Positions 7,394 to 13,514 of a stretch of DNA of 14,368 nucleotides are shown here, piece by piece. The DNA is from a virus (taxonomy: Duplodnaviria; Heunggongvirae; Uroviricota; Caudoviricetes): the IMG/VR virus record IMGVR_UViG_3300023174_009216, one strand, 5' to 3'. How positions within the stretch are numbered: the first letter of the stretch is position 1; each line of letters starts with the position of its first letter. Both the position numbers and the translations under genes were made by a program. The notes beneath the pieces are model-generated. The model saw nothing but the letters and a program-made list of their open reading frames with translations. It was not told the origin of the DNA and ran no database searches.

Positions 7394-7401
7394 TATATAT
7401 C
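7394..7401 (-). promoter_or_regulatory. Candidate phage late promoter GATATATA
   Basis: 4 nt upstream of the endonuclease ATG 7389. Confidence 0.55.
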
Positions 7402-7448
7402 CGCATCCTCTAAACTTTTTCATACATAATTTTTTTAGACAATCACAA

Positions 7449-7456
7449 GATATATA
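7449..7456 (+). promoter_or_regulatory. Candidate phage late promoter GATATATA
   Basis: 10 nt upstream of ATG 7467. Confidence 0.65.
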
Positions 7457-7466
7457 ATAAAAAATC

Positions 7467-7592
7467 ATGGCAAAAGCAAAAAGTAAACCAGTAGCAATGA
7501 AAAGCAGAAGATCAGGTATAAAAACATCTAAGCTTATCAAGAAAAATAATGAGATTCTAAAAAGACTTAAGGAAGCTCTTAAAACAAGTTAA
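7467..7592 (+). CDS. Small highly basic protein, 41 aa (not in ORF track)
   Basis: MAKAKSKPVAMKSRRSGIKTSKLIKKNNEILKRLKEALKTS*; 11 K + 3 R vs 2 E; promoter motif upstream, next gene starts 8 nt after the stop. Confidence 0.75.
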   Translation: MAKAKSKPVAMKSRRSGIKTSKLIKKNNEILKRLKEALKTS

Positions 7593-7600
7593 TAAAGGTT

Positions 7601-7873
7601 ATGGAAGAAAAAGCACCAGCTGGATATCTAGAGACCTTCATGGGTAAGCTAAAAGAACAATCGTTCTTAATCATACTAATGATAGGAGTTATTTATGTGC
7701 AAAATCGTCAATTCTCGGAGAGAATAGAGGATCATAAAAAAATAGAGGAAAAACAGCAGCAATATATTAATGACATGATAAAAAATGAAAGAGATATGCT
7801 TATAGAAAGAACTAAATATCTGGTGGAACAGCGGGATAAGTACATAGAAAAATTGCTGAATGAAAGTAGATAA
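7601..7873 (+). CDS. Single-TM, coiled-coil protein, 90 aa (possible lysis accessory protein)
   Basis: TM-like SFLIILMIGVIYV followed by a charged heptad-like C-terminus. Confidence 0.75.
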   Translation: MEEKAPAGYLETFMGKLKEQSFLIILMIGVIYVQNRQFSERIEDHKKIEEKQQQYINDMIKNERDMLIERTKYLVEQRDKYIEKLLNESR

Positions 7874-7878
7874 AAAAT

Positions 7879-7908
7879 AAAAGCCTAACTAAAAATTAGG
7901 CTTTTTTT
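7879..7908 (+). terminator. Rho-independent terminator
   Basis: AAAAGCCTAA-CTAAAAA-TTAGGCTTTT stem-loop with T7 run, right after the stop at 7873. Confidence 0.85.
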
Positions 7909-7948
7909 AATTGTACCATGGATTTAAAAGAATATGGTATAGGGAATG

Positions 7949-7956
7949 AATATATA
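7949..7956 (+). promoter_or_regulatory. Candidate phage late promoter AATATATA
   Basis: Downstream of the terminator, 24 nt upstream of ATG 7981. Confidence 0.6.
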
Positions 7957-7980
7957 AAGGGAATCTAAAAAATAGCAAAA

Positions 7981-10275
7981 ATGAAAAGAGTCCAAAAAAC
8001 TAAAAAAATACTGGAAAATCAGGAGGAAGGACAAGAAATGCCACAAGGTGGAAGTGGCTATGTATATCAGGCAATGGGATTAGACCTAACCCAAATGGCA
8101 AGAGACGGAAAAATTGATCCAGTTGTTGGAAGAGATAATGAACTTGAACAAGTTATCTGGGTATTGAGTAGAAAGATGAAAAATAATCCAGTACTAATAG
8201 GTGAGCCTGGCGTTGGTAAAACAGCAGCTGTAGAAAAGCTAGCCCTTGTTATGATTGGCGATAATTGTCCAGGTTTTTTGGATGGTAAAAAACTTATATC
8301 GGTTGACCTTAATGCAGTATTAGCAGCAGGAGCTTTGGGACAGCTTATACAAGAAGTTGAGGAGCAGGGATTGGTCCTATTCATGGATGAAATACACACT
8401 CTAAAAAAACCAGCTGCCTATGATGCTCTTAAGCCTGCTTTGGCTAGAGGAAAACTAAGCCTGATAGGTGCAACAACTCTAAATGAATTTAGAGAGAGCA
8501 TAGAGAAGGACGGAGCAATGGAAAGAAGATTTCAAAAAATCTATGTGGATGAGCCTAGCTTTGCAGAGTGCTTGGAAATATTACAAGGTATCAAAAGTAA
8601 ATATGAGCAATTTCATAATGTAAGCTATACAGATGATTCAATAGTGTCTTTTATAAAACTCTCTCAGAGATACATTACAGATAGATTCTTACCTGATAAA
8701 GCTATAGATTTAATGGACGAGACTGGTGCTAAGATCCGTATGGCTAGAACTAAGAATCCTAGGGTAATGGAATTAGAAACTGAATTACTAGCTGCCAATA
8801 AAGCTGTTCATGATTTAGCAAAGGCACAAAAATTCGCAGAATCTTACGAGGCTCATGATAGAGTTAAGGAAATACAAGGCGAATTAAAGGCATTAAAAAC
8901 TGATGGTCCAAGAGAGGAACCTATAACAATAACAAAAGAACTATCTGAAGAGGTAGTTGCTAAAAAAACTAGAATACCTGTAGAGAGTATATCCAGAGAT
9001 CAAAAGCAATCTTTAAAAGGATTAGGATCAAGATTAAAAATGGCTGTTATAGGTCAGGATGAAGCGGTAGAAGCAGTTACTCGTATAATAAAAAGAACTA
9101 AGGCAGGTTTAAAAGATCCAAATAGACCAGAAGGTGTGTTTCTTTTCTTAGGACCAACTGGTGTTGGTAAAACACATTTGGTTAAAGAATTAGCTAGAGA
9201 GGTGTTTGGAGATCCTAGTAAAATGTTTAGATTAGATATGAGTGAATTCAGTGAGCCTCATACAGTTTCAAGACTATTTGGTTCGCCTCCAGGATATGTT
9301 GGATATGGTGAGGGAACACAGTTCACAGAGAAGATCAGAAGAAATCCACATTGCATTGTTCTTTTGGATGAACTTGAAAAAGCTCACCCTAAAGTTCTAC
9401 AATCTTGGCTTCAGGTTTTTGAAGATGGACATATGACAGACGGTGAAGGAAGAAAGGTTGATTTCAAAAACACCATTATTATTATGACTTCCAATATTGG
9501 TGCAAGAGCTGAAGAGGAAAAAAGAGCAACAATAGGATTCTCAACAGATGCCTCAAAAGAGGTTCAGAGAATAGATGCAGTAAAAGCAGATCTTAAGAAA
9601 AAATTACCACCCGAATTTATTAACAGAATAGATGAGATTATTATCTTTAAGGCATTAGAGAAAGACAATCTTTTCAAAATTATCGATGGTGAACTAAATA
9701 AGGTTGCAAACAAATTAAAAGAGAGAGAAATTGAATTGACTTGGGGTAGATCCATCAAGGAACTTATCCTAAATCAAGGATATGATAAAGAAATGGGAGC
9801 TAGACCTTTAAGACGTGCAATACAACAGTATATAGAAGATCCTATTGCAAATGCAATTATAGAGGATGAGGTTGGTGATAAAATTCACTTGGAATATGAT
9901 CTATCAAGCAACAAACTAGTAATTAACGGAAATCCCGTTAGTGAAAGCAAAAAACAAAAACTACAAAGGATTTTCAATCTATTTGAATCCGATGATAATA
10001 AAGATAAACCAAAAACTGGAAATCTTATGACCTTTGAAGCATTTGCAGCAGACCCTGCTACTAGACCAATGCCTAGTCCAAATGAGGACCCTGATGTGGA
10101 TCCTGATGTGGAACCATTACCTCCGGTAAAACCAGAAAGACCAGGAGAACCTATAAAAAGACCATCTGTGAATCCAGATCCTCTAGCAAAGAAAAAATCT
10201 TCAGAAGATGACGTGGTTGATAGACTTCTTAAAATACTTAGAGATGAAGACGATTCAATTGAAAATTACATTTAA
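7981..10275 (+). CDS. clpC: Class-1 Clp/Hsp100 AAA+ ATPase, ClpC/ClpE-type (no N-domain, D1 pore loops deleted, IGF loop present, C-terminal extension)
   Basis: Walker A GEPGVGKT and GPTGVGKT; Walker B FMDE and LLDE; ERRF; GYVG D2 pore loop; GARPLRR; short UVR-type M-domain ([14 protein letters not shown]); IGF at 9532-9540. Automated tools may label it ClpA/ClpB. Confidence 0.9.
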   Translation: MKRVQKTKKILENQEEGQEMPQGGSGYVYQAMGLDLTQMARDGKIDPVVGRDNELEQVIWVLSRKMKNNPVLIGEPGVGKTAAVEKLALVMIGDNCPGFLDGKKLISVDLNAVLAAGALGQLIQEVEEQGLVLFMDEIHTLKKPAAYDALKPALARGKLSLIGATTLNEFRESIEKDGAMERRFQKIYVDEPSFAECLEILQGIKSKYEQFHNVSYTDDSIVSFIKLSQRYITDRFLPDKAIDLMDETGAKIRMARTKNPRVMELETELLAANKAVHDLAKAQKFAESYEAHDRVKEIQGELKALKTDGPREEPITITKELSEEVVAKKTRIPVESISRDQKQSLKGLGSRLKMAVIGQDEAVEAVTRIIKRTKAGLKDPNRPEGVFLFLGPTGVGKTHLVKELAREVFGDPSKMFRLDMSEFSEPHTVSRLFGSPPGYVGYGEGTQFTEKIRRNPHCIVLLDELEKAHPKVLQSWLQVFEDGHMTDGEGRKVDFKNTIIIMTSNIGARAEEEKRATIGFSTDASKEVQRIDAVKADLKKKLPPEFINRIDEIIIFKALEKDNLFKIIDGELNKVANKLKEREIELTWGRSIKELILNQGYDKEMGARPLRRAIQQYIEDPIANAIIEDEVGDKIHLEYDLSSNKLVINGNPVSESKKQKLQRIFNLFESDDNKDKPKTGNLMTFEAFAADPATRPMPSPNEDPDVDPDVEPLPPVKPERPGEPIKRPSVNPDPLAKKKSSEDDVVDRLLKILRDEDDSIENYI
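10087..10113 (+). repeat. 12-bp tandem duplication in the ClpC tail (DPDV-DPDV-E)
   Basis: GACCCTGATGTG GATCCTGATGTG GAA. Confidence 0.8.
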
Positions 10276-10280
10276 CATTT

Positions 10281-11309
10281 ATGAGCGACAAAATAAAAAA
10301 ATTCGATTCTTTTTTTGAGGCAATAAGAGCAAGTGACATGTCTTCCATCCCAAGTGGATATCTTTCAAGTGTCACAGATAGAGCTAAAGAAAGAATGGGA
10401 ATAGCTGGACAGAGAGAAGGAGATCAGAGAGCAATAATGGCAGCAGCTGGTCCTTTAATGTCGGAGCTTGCCAGATCACAGGGATTATCAAGAGGACATG
10501 AAGAACCATTGGAGAAATTAGCTACCAAGGTAATTTATGATTTATATAAGCCCCTTATAGATTTCTATAACATCAAGCTTGATATAAAATTTGCTAGTGG
10601 CTCTGATATGAGAAGAATGATAGATCAGGGATACCAAAAAAATAAAAGAGACGAACCTGTAAATCCAAGTCAAACTCCTATTGTGAAAGCTAGAGGAGCA
10701 GATTTTTCCATGCTGATACACGAAGCAGTTAAAGGGATCTGGCTAGTGCTATCCCTGAAGGGAATTCCTAAGGATAAAGCTATGGCTAAAGATCTAGCTT
10801 CTAAGTTTGGACTAAGAGATGAACCAGATGATTGGAAATATGGGCCAGAGATTGCAGCTGATCTTAGAGATTTTGTGAACGAGAATCCAAAGGTAGATTC
10901 ATATGCTAATGTTAGAGAGGAGCTTTGGATGTTTATGGTTGATTCTAGAAAAGTTCCTGATGAAGAGTTTTTAGAACTTATGAAAGGTATATTGGCTAAG
11001 ACCCCAGAGGCTAGAAAAAAATTAGATGGCTATATAGATATTGTGATTAGGGGAATAAAAGAGAGGGACGAGTATCTAAGAAAGATGGAGGAGTATAAAA
11101 TACAGATGGCGGAATACGAGAAAAGAAAAGCAGAGTATCTAGAGCGTAAAAAAACAAAGGGACCAGCGATTACTCCTAGGGAGGTTAAACCTGAAAAGAC
11201 CATTGAATATTCTCAAATGACACAAAGAGAATTAAATGACGAACTTAATAAAGCTTTAGATAGAAGAGATTCCGAAAAGATTGCGGAGATTTCAAAGTAT
11301 TTACAATAA
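10281..11309 (+). CDS. Uncharacterised 342-aa protein: CTS-like N-terminus, LIHEAVKG motif, coiled coil, C-terminal UVR-like hairpin
   Basis: Starts 5 nt after the clpC stop; MSDKIKKFDSFFEA; ERDEYLRKMEEYK..ERKK coil; ELNDELNKALDRRDSEKIAEISKYLQ. Confidence 0.85.
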   Translation: MSDKIKKFDSFFEAIRASDMSSIPSGYLSSVTDRAKERMGIAGQREGDQRAIMAAAGPLMSELARSQGLSRGHEEPLEKLATKVIYDLYKPLIDFYNIKLDIKFASGSDMRRMIDQGYQKNKRDEPVNPSQTPIVKARGADFSMLIHEAVKGIWLVLSLKGIPKDKAMAKDLASKFGLRDEPDDWKYGPEIAADLRDFVNENPKVDSYANVREELWMFMVDSRKVPDEEFLELMKGILAKTPEARKKLDGYIDIVIRGIKERDEYLRKMEEYKIQMAEYEKRKAEYLERKKTKGPAITPREVKPEKTIEYSQMTQRELNDELNKALDRRDSEKIAEISKYLQ

Positions 11310-11319
11310 AAATTAAGAA

Positions 11320-11586
11320 ATGACACAGGAAGAAAAAAGAAAATTCATCTATTTAATAGTTCAGGGTGAAGCTAAAAATACCAAGCACATACTCCAAATG
11401 CAAGAAGTAAGAGAAGGCCTTATTGAAATTATGGGTCAGGAAAAAGGACAGCAACTTTTTAGATCTCTAGACACCCTTGCTAAATCTGCAGATAAACTAG
11501 ACTGGTTAGAAAATCCAGAATCAAGAGGAATGCAAATGCAACATGGGAATGCTTTTGGCGGAGCAGTAGATATAGAATGGGAGTAA
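11320..11586 (+). CDS. Hypothetical protein, 88 aa, third gene of the clpC operon
   Basis: ATG 10 nt after the upstream stop; helical, KRKFIYLIVQGEAKNTKH motif. Confidence 0.8.
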   Translation: MTQEEKRKFIYLIVQGEAKNTKHILQMQEVREGLIEIMGQEKGQQLFRSLDTLAKSADKLDWLENPESRGMQMQHGNAFGGAVDIEWE

Positions 11587-11612
11587 TTTGCCAAATTTTA
11601 AAAATTTACTTG

Positions 11613-11620
11613 GATATATA
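11613..11620 (+). promoter_or_regulatory. Candidate phage late promoter GATATATA
   Basis: 16 nt upstream of ATG 11637. Confidence 0.65.
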
Positions 11621-11636
11621 AAAATAAAAGAAATTT

Positions 11637-11951
11637 ATGATTAAAAAATTATTAAACCTACTATTTGGTAAAAAAGTAATGGCTCCTGTAAAACCGTGTA
11701 CTGTTCCAGTTATCTCTATTCATGAAGATATTAAAAAAACTTTGGAAGAAATGAAAGAGAGAAAAATTGAAATAGTTGAGGCAGTAAAACCCGCTAAGAA
11801 AGAAAAAGCTAAAGAGACTAAAGTATCTAAAGTTACTAAGCCAGCTAAGAAAAAAGTGGAGGAACCTAAAAAGACATCCTCTAAGAAAAAAGTAGAAAAA
11901 GTAGCACCTCAAAAAGAAAAGGCTAAGAAGCCAGCCAAAAAATCCAAGTAG
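11637..11951 (+). CDS. Lysine-rich histone-H1-like protein with N-terminal amphipathic helix, 104 aa
   Basis: 33 Lys in 104 aa, three KPAKK copies; N-terminus MIKKLLNLLFGKK. Confidence 0.8.
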   Translation: MIKKLLNLLFGKKVMAPVKPCTVPVISIHEDIKKTLEEMKERKIEIVEAVKPAKKEKAKETKVSKVTKPAKKKVEEPKKTSSKKKVEKVAPQKEKAKKPAKKSK

Positions 11952-11968
11952 GATTATCTAATTCATAT

Positions 11969-12014
11969 AATAGCACAGTAATGACATAAATGTTTGTTTA
12001 CTGTGCTATTTTTT
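11969..12014 (+). terminator. Long stem-loop, probable terminator
   Basis: Perfect 13-bp inverted repeat AATAGCACAGTAA (11969-11981)/TTACTGTGCTATT (11998-12010), 16-nt loop region, T6 run. Confidence 0.75.
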
Positions 12015-12052
12015 ATGCGTATTGGTTTTTACGATTAGATTCATAGGAAAAT

Positions 12053-12076
12053 AAAAAAAGCCCGTAAAGGGCTTTT
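12053..12076 (-). terminator. Rho-independent terminator (possibly bidirectional)
   Basis: AAAAGCCC-GTAAA-GGGCTTTT; T7 tail on the minus strand, 24 nt after the stop at 12101. Confidence 0.85.
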
Positions 12077-12100
12077 AAATCGATAATAAATACATTCAAG

Positions 12101-12697
12101 TTATTCAGCTATATAACCTGCTATTCTTTGAACAGATTCTATTACATCATGTCCTATCTCCTCTATATTTTCTATGGGGTGTTTAATCGTAGAGAACTGA
12201 AGGAATCCTAATAGATTCCCATTAAGTGATCTCATAGGAACTGTTGCCAGTTGTAATATTCCTTGCTCCTCTATTTTTTCTCTCATATAATCTAAAACTG
12301 GATTGTCTCCATTAACAAAGAAGTAATCCTTCTCGCTCATATGCTTCATTAGTGCAGGATGCTCTGTAACAAATATATTTTGGTTTAACTCCTTAACTCT
12401 TTCAATACCAGGTGAGATTGCCTCGTAGGTGAGAGAAAACTTTTTCATTGCTATTCCATTGAAAAACTTACCTCCATTATGAAATTGATAGATCGCTGCC
12501 CTGTCAAAATCATATTGTTTAATTAGGGCGTCAAGAAACTCCTGGATTTCCATCATTATGTTAACGTCGTCTGGAGTTATCTGCTCTTCCTTAGCTCTGT
12601 CTTTCTCTTTCTTCATTGTGTCTAATCTATGCTTAGACCAAACAGTAATCAGCGTAACCACTACTGTAGTGATAGATGTTATTAGGGTATTATCCAT
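12101..12697 (-). CDS. TM + GAF-like domain protein; T4 gpT-like holin candidate, 198 aa
   Basis: Start corrected to ATG 12697 (promoter motif 22 nt upstream); TM LITSITTVVVTLITVW; GAF-like FDRAAIYQFHNGG ... LATVPMRSLNGNLLGFLQFS; no kinase or cyclase output domain. Confidence 0.65.
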   Translation of the reverse strand: MDNTLITSITTVVVTLITVWSKHRLDTMKKEKDRAKEEQITPDDVNIMMEIQEFLDALIKQYDFDRAAIYQFHNGGKFFNGIAMKKFSLTYEAISPGIERVKELNQNIFVTEHPALMKHMSEKDYFFVNGDNPVLDYMREKIEEQGILQLATVPMRSLNGNLLGFLQFSTIKHPIENIEEIGHDVIESVQRIAGYIAE

Positions 12698-12717
12698 TAC
12701 TTTCTTTTCATTTTTTG

Positions 12718-12727
12718 TATATATATC
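12718..12727. promoter_or_regulatory. Bidirectional late-promoter candidate (TATATATATC)
   Basis: Minus strand GATATATA (12727-12720) faces ATG 12697; plus strand ATATATA (12719-12725) faces ATG 12744. Confidence 0.55.
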
Positions 12728-12743
12728 CATATCAAAATCAAAG

Positions 12744-13514
12744 ATGCACTCATATAATACATTCACAAATAAAAAGTTATCTCCCCTATTTGAAAATGAG
12801 AATGATTCACGTTCACAGATCCAAGAGGTAAATGATTTTATACGAAAAAGATTTATCGAGGCCGGTGGATTTGTGAGAAATAATGATGAAGGTGGTATTG
12901 ATTTTGGAAGATTAACCATACGAAAAGATTTTACAGGAAAATCATTAGAAGAGCTTCCATTTGATATACAATACGTGGAAAACTTTAGAGTGGTCTCAGG
13001 AAAGATTAGAAATCTAATAGGAGGACCAAAAAATTGTGAGGATCTAGATGTTTCTTATGGACAATTAACCTCACTAGAGGGATCACCACAAACAGTGAAA
13101 AATTTTAATGGGGAATTTAATATGATAAGATCTTTAAAGGGATGTCCAAAATATATCTCAGGAAACATTAGTCTCTCCCATAATATTTTATCCGATCTAA
13201 ATTATGGACCCTATATAATACTAGGAAGATCTAGTCTTAACTGGAACCCAAGATTAGAAAATACAGAGAATTCGGGAGTTAATATAGTTACATTATTTAA
13301 CAAAATGCATGAGGATATAAATAAAATCTATGCTAAGGGCGAGAGCAAAATTTCTGACATATTTAGAAAAATACAGGATGCAATAGAAAATAAAGAATAT
13401 GCACAATCCTTAATATTCAAGGATCCTTATTATTCTGTTTTTCTTAAAGAGTTTGAAGATGAGATATCAGAATTTGAATATCTTAAAACAATTAAAAATA
13501 TGGGCTTAATATAA
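12744..13514 (+). CDS. LRR-like repeat protein, 256 aa, CTS-like N-terminus
   Basis: Start corrected to ATG 12744 (MHSYNTF..LFENE); 20-22-aa repeats LEELPFD / IRNLIGGP / LTSLEGSP / IRSLKGCP / LSDLNYGP. Confidence 0.8.
   Translation: MHSYNTFTNKKLSPLFENENDSRSQIQEVNDFIRKRFIEAGGFVRNNDEGGIDFGRLTIRKDFTGKSLEELPFDIQYVENFRVVSGKIRNLIGGPKNCEDLDVSYGQLTSLEGSPQTVKNFNGEFNMIRSLKGCPKYISGNISLSHNILSDLNYGPYIILGRSSLNWNPRLENTENSGVNIVTLFNKMHEDINKIYAKGESKISDIFRKIQDAIENKEYAQSLIFKDPYYSVFLKEFEDEISEFEYLKTIKNMGLI

Noticed and set aside
8067-8399. 110-aa minus ORF
   Set aside because: Antisense shadow of clpC
9242-9758. Two 64-aa ORFs (9242..9436 +, 9564..9758 -)
   Set aside because: Out-of-frame or antisense within the conserved D2 ring of clpC
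7981-10275. Calling the ATPase ClpB
   Set aside because: M-domain is short and UVR-type, not the long ClpB propeller, and an IGF loop is present
11215-11327. 10-bp direct repeat AAATGACACA (11215 and 11318)
   Set aside because: Explained by two M-T-Q codon runs in A-rich context; too short to infer recombination
11661-11912. 83-aa Phe-rich minus ORF
   Set aside because: Mirror of Lys (AAA/AAG) codons in the histone-like gene
12558-12919. Long mutual overlap of the 272-aa and 318-aa track ORFs
   Set aside because: Disappears with starts at 12697 (-) and 12744 (+), which flank the promoter motif
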